From: Haliotis cracherodii | Taxonomy: Eukaryota | NCBI RefSeq assembly: GCF_022045235.1 | Contig: NW_027266275.1 | Coordinates: forward strand, 61,070,001 to 61,134,000 | Length of the DNA stretch: 64,000 nucleotides | Reading direction: 5' to 3' | In this document: piece after piece, positions 10,960-23,825 of the stretch | How the letters are laid out: the number at the start of each line of letters is the position of its first letter | How positions within the stretch are numbered: position 1 is the first letter of the stretch | Position numbers and translations under genes: made by a program | Notes under the pieces: generated by a model | What the model saw: only the letters and a program-made list of their open reading frames with translations | What the model was told of the DNA's origin: nothing | Databases searched by the model: none

Positions 10960-13612
10960 AATTAGTTTAAAAAGTACATTAATTAACCGACGCTCTACCA
11001 CTGGACCAAGAGCGCCATCACGTAAGAGGTGCTCGTTTAACCCGAACGCAGTTCAAAGAAGATTTGATACAAGAAAAAGAAAACTTGAATAAATATTATC
11101 TAATTTAGATTAGGAACACCGACACGCCGACACTATTTACAAATCGTATTAACGATATCGGTAACAATTATTATAGCAAAACCACCCAGAAAAAAACAGT
11201 GAAAATTTGTCAATACAGATTCTCTGAAGTGGTTTGATAAAGAATGTTATGAACAAAGGAAAGAATTTAGATTATCTAAAAAGTGCTTGAAACGTTCATC
11301 TAACAAACAGAGACAGAATATGTGCTACAGCGCAAGAGATTATATAAGAAGACAATATGGATAAAATTTGTGCATCATAACTTGGTCACTTGAAAAATAA
11401 ACACTCAAGAGAATTCTGGAAACTTATTTATAAAGATAAAAGGAAAAGACGCGATTGTGATCCTAATATATCAGATTTCTATGAACACTTCAAGGCTTTA
11501 CATTCAGATATAAACTTTATAAATGTGACTGTGGAGGAAGAATTATTGAAAAATGCCTCAACTGAGTGTTATGGTACTTTAAATTTTCCAATAACATTGG
11601 AGGAAATACATGTAGCTATTAAGCATATGAAAAAGAATGAATCACCTTGTATGGATAATTTTTGATTGAATATGAAAATTTCTGATTGAGGTTATGGGTA
11701 AAGATATCGTCAAATTATTTCATTCTTTATTGGACACAGGGTGTTTTCCATCAATATGGCCAGTTGGTGCTATTGTACACAAGAAGAATTCCTGAGAAGA
11801 CCCTAATAACTACAGGGGGGTCACTCTTCTAGAGCAGTTTTCGAAAACTCTTCACCAAGGTTATAAATTGTAGATTATGACGTATGTCAAATTTGTTTAA
11901 TTTAATATCTGATGCTCAATATGGATTTAAAGAAGGATGTGGTACCATAGATGCAAATTTTTATTTTGAATATTTTAAGGTAATATTAACATATATTTAA
12001 AGGTAAAGTATTTTGTGCATTCATGGAGTATCCAAAAGCATGTGATAGTATTTACCGAAATGGGTGGTGGCTTAAACTTAGTAAGATGGGAATTTAATCG
12101 GTGGTAAGTTTATAATTATGTCCACTGCGCCAAACATCCAATGTATCTTGTGTACACTGCCAGAGGCCAAATATGGCCTGAGTCTAAATAAAGTCTGTCT
12201 GTCTGCCGTTAACGGGTCATTTGCACCTCATTAACACGCATGCGCAGTTAAGCAAACAATGATTTGCGCATGTGGGTACTGACATCACATCCCCTATAAA
12301 CATTTGTCGATCAATGTATAATGATGTCATGTATTATCAGAGACCATATAATCTATTATATGGTCTCTGGTATCATGTATCAAAATATGTTTAGAGAAAT
12401 ATTCAGTTATAGTTCTGGACTTAGGCAGGTAGAAATCATGTCGCCACTTTTCTTTCTTTATTGAAGATTTAGAATTTAGTTTGCAAGAAAATTTACAATC
12501 TGGCATAGACATAAGTGATCTTATGTTTCTTTTATTACTCCTTGCTGATGCCATGGTCCTAATGAGTAAAACTGCTTCTGGTCTGCAGGGACATCTTGAT
12601 AAACTTGCCCATTACTGTAACAAATGGCGGTGGACTGTCAATATTGACAAAAATAAAGTTGTAATTTTCAGAAAATAATATCAACCATTAGACATACAGT
12701 TTTTAAATGAATCAGTTTCTGTAGAAATAGTAAAACAGTTTAATCATTTCGGATTTTTATTGGTGTCAAATAGTAATCTTACTCCAGCTATCAAAGCGTT
12801 ATCCGAAAAGGGATTAAAGGCATGTAATAATATTAATAACTGTGATAAAAAAATAAATTGATGTGAAATCTTCCTGTGAACTATTTGACACATGTGTGTT
12901 ACCAGTATTACATCATGGTTGTGAAGTATGGGGTTGGAAAAAAGCTTATTGTATTAAGAGAGTACATCGTAAAATTTGTAAATTGATTCTGGGTGCAAAA
13001 GATAGTACTACTAATGTGCAGGTATAAGGGGAGTTGGGGAAATTTCCATTAAATATCCAATGTCAAGTATGTATGGTTAAATATTCGTTTAAGGTCATGT
13101 CTTCTTGTCTACTACTTGTATAATAAAAGACATGTATACGACTATATGTAAAATCACACGAACAACTGGTATAGTAAAGTCTATATTTTTTGTCAGAGAA
13201 TGGCTATTACCATGTGTGGATTTAACCTTGTAACGTAAACGTTTCTTCCTTTTGTAAAGTACTGAGGCAGCGTCATAAGATAATTATATAACACCGTGGA
13301 ATCGAGAATTAAGAGAATTGTCATATCTTTTATATAAACAGTTTAAGCCAATCTTTGGCATAGAAAAGTATATTAGTAGTGTATTGATTTATAATCATAG
13401 AGTCGCACTTACTAGATTGAGATTATCATCTCATGCTCTCCGAACTGAAACTAGGGGACATGGTAGTAACAGGATTGCACGGGGGAGAGAAAATGTATCA
13501 AATGTAATATCAACGACGTGGAAGCTGAATGTCACTTTGTATTAATTTGTCCTTTCTATAGAAAAGTGAGATGTTTGTTTATTAAGAAATATTATTATGT
13601 AAAGTCATCAGT
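10960..13612 (+). mobile_element. Heavily decayed LINE B ORF2 (paralog near 35970-38745; remnants 53560-54570)
   Basis: Fragments KWFDKEC, ITLEEIHVAIK, GLRQGEILSPLFF, LLADAMVL, RLRLSSHAL and a Cys knuckle; many stops. Confidence 0.8.
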
Positions 13613-14171
13613 TACCTACCCTGATTGAGTAAGTCGTGTTGTCATTTGCTCTCATACTATTTTAAATATATCGATATAAAGGAACTTTTCTGAAGCTCTG
13701 TCGAAAATAGACACCCGACAATGAATCAAGACGCATCTACAAAGCGAAAATCCGGCGAAAACACCCCAGAATTAGTAAAACAGCAGAAGACGACGACCCA
13801 CGAGTTGGGCGATTGTGATTTTGTCAAGTGTGTAATGGCCGCTCCCGTCCCCACCCGGGTCGAGACAGAGACACTTCTCCATGCGTCCGCATGTGCCAAT
13901 TAACTCTTTAAAGTGCTATTTCTATGACAGAATGTGTAAAATGGAGGCACGAATGATGGAGCAAGTTATGATTGCATTCAGGACTGAGATTACTGCAGTG
14001 AGAGATGAGTTTCCGTCTCACATCGACAAACTTACTGATAGAGTCCTGGGGATTGAAAAGACTTATGCTTCTGTCGTAAAACAAGATTCTTCTCAATCTG
14101 CGACGTTTGTTGTGAAAAATCTTAAGTTTGATGAAAACGAGGATAGTGATGAAAACGTGACTGTAAACAAA

Positions 14172-17100
14172 GTGCAGTGTGTGGGGCGAGACGGACTCCA
14201 GCTCCGAGACGTGAAGGTGGTGAGTGCAGTGTGTGGTGCGAGACGGACTCCAGCTCCGAGACGTGAAGGTGGTGAGTGCAGTTTGTGGGGCGAGACGGAC
14301 TCCAGCTCCGAGACGTGAAGGTGGTGAGTGCAGTTTGTGGGGCGAGACGGACTCCAGCTCCGAGACGTGAAGGTGGTGAGTGCAGTGTATGGGGCGAGAC
14401 GGACTCCAGCTCCGAGACGTGAAGGTGGTGAGTGCAGTATGTGGGGCGAGACGGACTCCAGCTCCGAGACGTGAAGGTGGTGAGTGCAGTATGTGGGGCG
14501 AGACGGACTCCAGCTCCGAGACGTGAAGGTGGTGAGTGCAGTTTGTGGGGCGAGACGGACTCCAGCTCCGAGACGTGAAGGTGGTGAGTGCAGTGTATGG
14601 GGCGAGACGGACTCCAGCTCCGAGACGTGAAGGTGGTGAGTGCAGTTTGTGGGGCGAGACGGACTCCAGCTCCGAGACGTGAAGGTGGTGAGTGCAGTGT
14701 ATGGGGCGAGACGGACTCCAGCTCCGAGACGTGAAGGTGGTGAGTGCAGTATGTGGGGCGAGACGGACTCCAGCTCCGAGACGTGAAGGTGGTGAGTGCA
14801 GTATGTGGGGCGAGACGGACTCCAGCTCCGAGACGTGAAGGTGGTGAGTGCAGTGTGTGGGGCGAGACGGACTCCAGCTCCGAGACGTGAAGGTGGTGAG
14901 TGCAGTTTGTGGGGCGAGACGGACTCCAGCTCCGAGACGTGAAGGTGGTGAGTGCAGTGTATGGGGCGAGACGGACTCCAGCTCCGAGACGTGAAGGTGG
15001 TGAGTGCAGTATGTGGGGCGAGACGGACTCCAGCTCCGAGACGTGAAGGTGGTGAGTGCAGTATGTGGGGCGAGACGGACTCCAGCTCCGAGACGTGAAG
15101 GTGGTGAGTGCAGTGTGTGGGGCGAGACGGACTCCAGCTCCGAGACGTGAAGGTGGTGAGTGCAGTTTGTGGGGCGAGACGGACTCCAGCTCCGAGACGT
15201 GAAGGTGGTGAGTGCAGTGTGTGGGGCGAGACGGACTCCAGCTCCGAGACGTGAAGGTGGTGAGTGCAGTTTGTGGGGCGAGACGGACTCCAGCTCCGAG
15301 ACGTGAAGGTGGTGAGTGCAGTGTATGGGGCGAGACGGACTCCAGCTCCGAAACGTGAAGGTGGTGAGTGCAGTTTGTGGGGCGAGACGGACTCCAGCTC
15401 CGAGACGTGAAGGTGGTGAGTGCAGTGTATGGGGCGAGACGGACTCCAGCTCCGAGACGTGAAGGTGGTGAGTGCAGTATGTGGGGCGAGACGGACTCCA
15501 GCTCCGAGACGTGAAGGTGGTGAGTGCAGTATGTGGGGCGAGACGGACTCCAGCTCCGAGACGTGAAGGTGGTGAGTGCAGTATGTGGGGCGAGACGGAC
15601 TCCAGCTCCGAGACGTGAAGGTGGTGAGTGCAGTATGTGGGGCGAGACGGACTCCAGCTCCGAGACGTGAAGGTGGTGAGTGCAGTTTGTGGGGCGAGAC
15701 GGACTCCAGCTCCGAGACGTGAAGGTGGTGAGTGCAGTGTATGGGGCGAGACGGACTCCAGCTCCGAGACGTGAAGGTGGTGAGTGCAGTTTGTGGGGCG
15801 AGACGGACTCCAGCTCCGAGACGTGAAGGTGGTGAGTGCAGTGTATGGGGCGAGACGGACTCCAGCTCCGAGACGTGAAGGTGGTGAGTGCAGTATGTGG
15901 GGCGAGACGGACTCCAGCTCCGAGACGTGAAGGTGGTGAGTGCAGTATGTGGGGCGAGACGGACTCCAGCTCCGAGACGTGAAGGTGGTGAGTGCAGTGT
16001 GTGGGGCGAGACGGACTCCAGCTCCGAGACGTGAAGGTGGTGAGTGCAGTTTGTGGGGCGAGACGGACTCCAGCTCCGAGACGTGAAGGTGGTGAGTGCA
16101 GTGTATGGGGCGAGACGGACTCCAGCTCCGAGACGTGAAGGTGGTGAGTGCAGTATGTGGGGCGAGACGGACTCCAGCTCCGAGACGTGAAGGTGGTGAG
16201 TGCAGTATGTGGGGCGAGACGGACTCCAGCTCCGAGACGTGAAGGTGGTGAGTGCAGTTTGTGGGGCGAGACGGACTCCAGCTCCGAGACGTGAAGGTGG
16301 TGAGTGCAGTGTGTGGGGCGAGACGGACTCCAGCTCCGAGACGTGAAGGTGGTGAGTGCAGTTTGTGGGGCGAGACGGACTCCAGCTCCGAGACGTGAAG
16401 GTGGTGAGTGCAGTGTGTGGGGCGAGACGGACTCCAGCTCCGAGACGTGAAGGTGGTGAGTGCAGTTTGTGGGGCGAGACGGACTCCAGCTCCGAGACGT
16501 GAAGGTGGTGAGTGCAGTGTATGGGGCGAGACGGACTCCAGCTCCGAAACGTGAAGGTGGTGAGTGCAGTTTGTGGGGCGAGACGGACTCCAGCTCCGAG
16601 ACGTGAAGGTGGTGAGTGCAGTGTATGGGGCGAGACGGACTCCAGCTCCGAGACGTGAAGGTGGTGAGTGCAGTATGTGGGGCGAGACGGACTCCAGCTC
16701 CGAGACGTGAAGGTGGTGAGTGCAGTATGTGGGGCGAGACGGACTCCAGCTCCGAGACGTAAAGGTGGTGAGTGCAGTGTGTGGGGCGAGACGGACTCCA
16801 GCTCCGAGACGTGAAGGTGGTGAGTGCAGTTTGTGGGGCGAGACGGACTCCAGCTCCGAGACGTGAAGGTGGTGAGTGCAGTGTATGGGGCGAGACGGAC
16901 TCCAGCTCCGAGACGTGAAGGTGGTGAGTGCAGTTTGTGGGGCGAGACGGACTCCAGCTCCGAAATGTGAAGGTGGTGAGTGCAGTGTATGGGGCGAGAC
17001 GGACTCCAGCTCCGAGACGTGAAGGTGGTGAGTGCAGTTTGTGGGGCGAGACGGACTCCAGCTCCGAGACGTGAAGGTGGTGAGTGCAGTGTATGGGGCG

Positions 17101-18435
17101 AGACGGACTCCAGCTCCGAGACGTGAAGGTGGTGAGTGCAGTATGTGGGGCGAGACGGACTCCAGCTCCGAAACGTGAAGGTGGTGAGTGCAGTGTATGG
17201 GGCGAGACGGACTCCAGCTCCGAGACGTGAAGGTGGTGAGTGCAGTTTGTGGGGCGAGACGGACTCCAGCTCCGAAACGTGAAGGTGGTGAGTGCAGTGT
17301 ATGGGGCGAGACGGACTCCAGCTCCGAGACGTGAAGGTGGTGAGTGCAGTTTGTGGGGCGAGACGGACTCCAGCTCCGAGACGTGAAGGTGGTGAGTGCA
17401 GTGTATGGGGCGAGACGGACTCCAGCTCCGAGACGTGAAGGTGGTGAGTGCAGTTTGTGGGGCGAGACGGACTCCAGCTCCGAGACGTGAAGGTGGTGAG
17501 TGCAGTGTGTGGGGCGAGACGGACTCCAGCTCCGAGACGTGAAAGTGGTGAGTGCAGTTTGTGGGGCGAGACGGACTCCAGCTCCGAGACGTGAAGGTGG
17601 TGAGTGCAGTGTATGGGGCGAGACGGACTCCAGCTCCGAGACGTGAAGGTGGTGAGTGCAGTATGTGGGGCGAGACGGACTCCAGCTCCGAGACGTGAAG
17701 GTGGTGAGTGCAGTTTGTGGGGCGAGACGGACTCCAGCTCCGAGACGTGAAGGTGGTGAGTGCAGTGTATGGGGCGAGACGGACTCCAGCTCCGAGACGT
17801 GAAGGTGGTGAGTGCAGTTTGTGGGGCGAGACGGACTCCAGCTCCGAAACGTGAAGGTGGTGAGTGCAGTGTATGGGGCGAGACGGACTCCAGCTCCGAG
17901 ACGTGAAGGTGGTGAGTGCAGTTTGTGGGGCGAGACGGACTCCAGCTCCGAGACGTGAAGGTGGTGAGTGCAGTGTATGGGGCGAGACGGACTCCAGCTC
18001 CGAGACGTGAAGGTGGTGAGTGCAGTATGTGGGGCGAGACGGACTCCAGCTCCGAGACGTGAAGGTGGTGAGTGCAGTTTGTGGGGCGAGACGGACTCCA
18101 GCTCCGAGACGTGAAGGTGGTGAGTGCAGTGTATGGGGCGAGACGGACTCCAGCTCCGAGACGTGAAGGTGGTGAGTGCAGTTTGTGGGGCGAGACGGAC
18201 TCCAGCTCCGAGACGTGAAGGTGGTGAGTGCAGTGTGTGGGGCGAGACGGACTCCAGCTCCGAGACGTGAAGGTGGTGAGTGCAGTTTGTGGGGCGAGAC
18301 GGACTCCAGCTCCGAGACGTGAAGGTGGTGAGTGCAGTGTATGGGGCGAGACGGACTCCAGCTCCGAGACGTGAAGGTGGTGAGTGCAGTATGTGGGGCG
18401 AGACGGACTCCAGCTCCGAGACGTGAAGGTGGTGA
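14172..18435. repeat. 52-bp GC-rich minisatellite, 82 copies, within LINE C ORF1
   Basis: Unit gtgcagtNtNtggggcgagacggactccagctccgagacgtgaaggtggtga; (18384-14172)/52 = 81 intervals. Confidence 0.98.
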
Positions 18436-21400
18436 GTGTTGTGAGAAAGCAGGGCAGGGGATCTAGACCAGGGGTCATCGTCGCCAGGGTCCAGTCCGTT
18501 GAGCAGAAGATACAGATTTTGAAAAATAAAATAAAATTAAAAGACAATAGATCATTCCCGAATGTGTTTATTGAGAATGATTTACCATATGATGTTCGAA
18601 ACACTGAGGCATCTCTCCGTACCCTGTTGAGAGAGATGGGTAAGGACAGAGTACCATGTACGTGGTACCCGTCTCATCAGGAATGGGAGACAATAGGACA
18701 CCAGGCGTCTTAGACTGAGTTGTTAGAACTGTAGTGGGTGGTCTTTGAAAGACAATGATAATTCGAACTTTAGAAACGATGTCTTATTGTGAGGAAATTA
18801 TGATATTATAGGTTTGAGTGAGACTTTTTACGTGATGATGAGAAAATCACAGTTCATGTAGATGGCTACCAGTGGATAGGGCATAACAGAATGACATTCG
18901 ATAAACATGCTAAAAGGGGATCAGGTGGGGTTGGGTTTTTAGTTAAGGAAATACTTCTTGATTTTTATGACTGTTCTGTACTTAACAATGAATATGAAGG
19001 GATTCTGTGGATAAAGCTGAGCAATAAGAGTGCAACCTACATATACTGTGTGTGTTACCTACCCCCCTGCCTGCTCCTCTCGCTATGGGACTGACCCCTC
19101 AGCGTTCTTCTCTACACTGCGTCAGCATGTTTATACTTACCAGAACGATGGAGTGTTGTGTATATTTGGAGATTTCAATGCTCGGAGTGATGACAGTGAT
19201 TATATCGAAGGGGTAGACAGAGTACCGGCACGTTCTGTCATAGACCAAACATGTAATGTGCACGGACAGGAGATGATAGACTTTCTTGTAGACTGCAATA
19301 TGTGGATGTTAAATGGTCGCATCGGCAAGAACGATTTCACGTACGTATCGACGCGTGGTAAGTCTGTAATTGACTATGTGTTCGTGCCCCACGAACAATT
19401 ACCCCTGTATACTGATTTCTCTGTGGTGTGGATGAGTGATTTCATCTGAGAAAGGCAATTAGTAGTACCACATGCTATACCTGATCACTCCATCATTGAG
19501 TGGGTCACTGATGTACCTGTGTTCGCTCACAGTAGAGACAAGGACACTCAACCTGCAGGGGGAGAGCATATACGGCGCTTCAACGTGAAAGATATCCCAG
19601 GTGTTTTTCTGCAGGATGGGAACTCCGAGGCTGTTGTGGCTGCCATATAGCGTATAGAAGATAGTCTGTCTACACAGAGAAATATCAACTCAGCATACGA
19701 TGAATTTGTGTCTCTTATTACCAAGAGTCTTGATGTTTTCTGCTCCACGAACTCGAAATCACCTAATGCTACTACCCGACACAAACGCACCGGTAAACCG
19801 TATTGGAATCGGGAGTTACAACTCCAGTGGAATAAAGTGTGTCAATTGGAACGTCAGTGGCGACGAGCTAACAACCAGGGACAGAAACGGAACCTACGTA
19901 GACTATACTGTAGTCAGAGAACCCACTTTGACAAGTTGCATAGAAAGGTTAAAAAATCATACCAGCTAAAAGAACAGAGCAACTACAGTATTGTAATTCC
20001 TCAGTATTTTGGAAATCCTTTGGTAAAATTGAAATTGGAAACGATCGCAAAGTCCGTATTCCCATGGAAGTTGCTAACGATGATGGTACCGTAATAACCG
20101 ACCCTGAACTCGTCATGAAAAGATGGAGAGATGACTACGAAGTGCTCTACCACGACAACACCAACACAATGTCCTTTGATGATACACACCTGTCGTTTGT
20201 ACGTAACTCTTTGACGACGGATGACGTCACAACGGTCCGTGATGACATAACAGCCATCAACCGTGAGATAACTCGGGATGAAGCCAAGGCTGTTGTTTGA
20301 CTCTATACCAGCTGAAGCAATTAAGAACGATGTTTGTATTGACATTCTCCAAAGGTTGATCGAATACTGTTTCGAGAGCGGATGTGTTCCTGAGTCTTGG
20401 AAATCTGGAATTATCAACTTTATCGTTAAACCTGGCACCACTGATGTTCGGCAACCACTAACATACAGAGGTATTTGCTTGATTTCAGTCCCGTGCAAGG
20501 TATATTGTGACATTATCAGCCTCCATCGAAGATCATCACTTATTAGCTGAGGAGCAAAATGGCTTCAGGAAACAACGTAGCTGTATGGACCATATATACA
20601 GCCTGTATGAGATTATCAACAACAGGAGATGCTCTGACCAATCTACTTTCGCCTGTTTCATCGACATGAAAAAAGCGTTTGACAACGTAAACAGAGACTG
20701 CGTATGGTATAAATTGAAAATGTCAGGTATTGGAGGACCAATGTTGAAAGCAATTCAATCTCTATACGAAGGGGTCAATTGTGCTGCTCGGATAAACGAC
20801 TCTTTAGCTCCATGGTTTAAAGTACAAAATGGTGTTAAGCAAGGATGCCTTTTCTCACCAAGCCTTTTTGCCATTTATATTGATGACCTTGCTCGCAGCA
20901 TTAAGAACTTGAACTGTGGTGTTAAATGCGAATAAAAGTATTCCTCTCTATGCAGACGACATAGTGTTACTTGCACCGACATAAGAATATTTACAAATGA
21001 TGCTCGACAAAGTTCATGAATGGTGTTTTAAGTGGAGATTGGAGCTTAATAGTGAGAAGTCTCAAGTCGTTCACTTCAGACCAGGCAGGCGAGAATGCTC
21101 CAAAGTAACGTTTAAATGTGGTGATATTACATTGAAATACACGCAGTCCTACAAATACCTCGGCCTCTGGTTCTATGAACATTTGGACTTCAAGACAGCG
21201 ATCAACCAGTTGGCAAAATCGGCAGGCAGAGCTCTGAGTGCACTTTTCACCAAGTTTTGTGATGCAGGTGGAATCGCTATGAGGTATTTACTGCCCTCTA
21301 TAATTCTTTGATCCAGCCTGTTCTGACGTATGGGGCAGGTATTTGGGGACTCTATGAACACATATGCCTTAACACAATCCAAAACAGAGCGTGTCGCTTT

Positions 21401-22163
21401 TTCCTTGGAGCCATTTGTAAAACTTCGAAAATCGCTACGAGAGGAGTTATGGGTTGGACCTCTTGTGTAACCAAAAAGCGTCTTGAGGTCTTCAGATTGT
21501 GGATGAGAGTAGGACTTATGCACGAATCCAGACTACCTAACAAGATACATAAGTGGTCGCTCAACCGGAAGAGATCCTGGGAACACCGAGTGCAGAAGCT
21601 GAGTTAAGCCTTGGGACTTGAGCAATACTTAACCGCAGTTAATTCTAAATCCACTGTACAACTTATTCGCAAGCAGCTGAACATTCAGGGTGAACAGAAG
21701 TGGTGTACTGACCTAAAGGACGATAAAGGACAGTTAACAAACGGAAATAAACTTAGGACTTATCGCATGTTTAAGAAAGACCTGTGCCCAGAAGCTTATG
21801 TAACCAATACAATGTCTAGACACCACCGCAAGTCCTTCATACGACTGAGACCCTGCAGTCTGCCTCTGTGTGTAGAGACAGGCAGATATTCTAAGCCACC
21901 TATTCCACTTCATGACAGAATCTGTCCTCTCTGCCCCCTAGAAATCGAGGATGAAGCCCATTTAACCATCACCTGCCCACTCTACTCAGATATAATGTAC
22001 GATGTCTTCAAGTATGCCCTGAATGTAGACGATGAATTTACGCATAAAAACCCAACAGAAAAATATGTTTTTAATGCAAAATCCTAATTGCCAACTCTTA
22101 CTTGCTTCTAAGATTCATCGCATGGTCAGAAGAAGGAATACTATTTTATGATTTATGTAGTTA

Positions 22164-22327
22164 NNNNNNNNNNNNNNNNNNNNNNNNNNNNNNNNNNNNN
22201 NNNNNNNNNNNNNNNNNNNNNNNNNNNNNNNNNNNNNNNNNNNNNNNNNNNNNNNNNNNNNNNNNNNNNNNNNNNNNNNNNNNNNNNNNNNNNNNNNNNN
22301 NNNNNNNNNNNNNNNNNNNNNNNNNNN
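22164..22327. other. N gap in a (TG)n-type tract; other gaps near 25916-26122, 43407-43694 and 47133-47314
   Basis: N runs at paralogous microsatellite positions. Confidence 0.95.
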
Positions 22328-22887
22328 TGCATGTGTGTGTATGCGTGTATGTATGTGTGTGTATGCGTTCGACTGAATGCATGTTTGTGCGAGAATCTAT
22401 GTTGTTGATAGACCTGTATGATTGTTCTCATACAGGTTTATGTATAATTCATGTTTTAATTATATATTGAATGTATGTACTGTTTGTCATTTGTACTTTC
22501 TTAACTTATTGTTGTTCTGTTATATTTTAGATTATAGTGTCTCATAGGCCATATGGCCGGGTGCCTTTTATAATTCTATGAATGTACATTTTGTATTTTA
22601 TCATATGATATGCACGTGACACTTAAATATACATTTCCCTCTCTCGGTCTTGGATCGCCTGGGTGACGGTATAGCGAGACAGCGGTAGCGCTATAGCGTG
22701 GTAACTGAGCTGGAACTTCTTATTCTAGTCATAGCACACATGGCAATAAACGTTAGTCATATGCCGCAAAGGTTTAACCTCATAAAAATAACACCCCCCG
22801 ACGTTAGTTCATTCTACTACATCTTTTGGAGGCGATATCAAAGGCGCAGCCCAGCTGCCTGCTTGTGAGTGAGGTATCTATACATTG

Positions 22888-23115
22888 CTTTTGTTTTGTT
22901 TGTTTGTTGTTTAACGCCGCACTCAGGAATATTCCAGCGGCGGTCTGTAAATAATCGAGTCTGGACCAGACAATCATGTGATTGACATCATGAGCATCGA
23001 TCCACGCAATTGGGATCGATGACATGCATCAACCAAGTCAGCGAGCCTGACCACCCGATCCCGTTCGTCGCCTCCTACTACAAGCATAGTCGCCTTTTAC
23101 GGCACGCATGGGTTT
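22888..23115 (-). mobile_element. 5'-truncated SINE family A (paralog near 44255-44482)
   Basis: Reverse complement of the family A body and (CAAA)n tail. Confidence 0.88.
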
Positions 23116-23825
23116 TATCTGTACATAGAATGTTTGAGGGTACAACACAGAAGGCAAGCATTGGTTGTATTTGTGCATAGAATGTTTGAGGGTACAACAC
23201 AGAAGGCAAGCATGGGTTGTATCTGTACATAGAATGTTTGAGGGTACAACACAGAAGGCAAGCATGGGTTGTATCTGTTCATAGAATGTTTGAGGGTACA
23301 ACACAAAAGGCAAGCATGGGTTGTATCTGTACATAGAATGTTTGAGGGTACAACACAGAAGGCAAGCATGGGTTGTATCTGTACATAGAATGTTTGAGGG
23401 TACAACACAGAAGGCAAGCATTGGTTGTATCTGTTCATAGAATGTTTGAGGGTACAACACAGAAGGCAAGCATGGGTTGTATCTGTACATAGAATGTTTG
23501 AGGGTACAACACAGAAGGTACACATGGGTTGTATCTGTTCATAGAATGTTTGAGGGTACAACACAAAAGGCAAGCATGGGTTGTATCTGTACATAGAATG
23601 TTTGAGGGTACAACACAGAAGGCAAGCATGGGTTGTATCTGTACATAGAATGTTTGAGGGTACAACACAGAAGGCACACATGGGTTGTATCTGTACATAG
23701 TATGTTTGAGGGTACAACACAGAAGGCAAGCATGGGTTGTATCTGTACATAGAACGTTTGAGGGTACAACACAGAAGGAAAGCATGGGTTGTATCTGTAT
23801 ATAGAATGTTTGAGGGTACAACATA
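23108..23825. repeat. Second, unrelated 52-bp minisatellite, about 14 copies
   Basis: Unit atgggttgtatctgtacatagaatgtttgagggtacaacacagaaggcaagc. Confidence 0.95.

Larger units (their letters stand above)
13613..22645 (+). mobile_element. Near full-length but inactivated CR1/L2-group LINE C (ORF1 + APE-RT-CCHC ORF2)
   Basis: ORF1 has a coiled coil and an RRM-like part (VVKNL...VFIENDLP). ORF2 has GLSET, GDFNAR, SVIDY, QNGFRK, DMKKAFD, GVKQG, YADD and CPLC..H..C. Frameshifts and stops are present. Confidence 0.9.

Noticed and set aside
14172-18435. CRISPR array
   Set aside because: Units are directly adjacent with no unique spacers, there are no cas genes, and the context is eukaryotic.
14093-18604. 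1503-aa minus-strand ORF (and 39041-39971 ORFs) as a repetitive His/Ser/Pro protein
   Set aside because: It is a by-product of a 52-bp unit with no minus-strand stop in any frame. It is antisense to LINE ORF1, cycles through all three frames, and its length is not conserved in the paralog.
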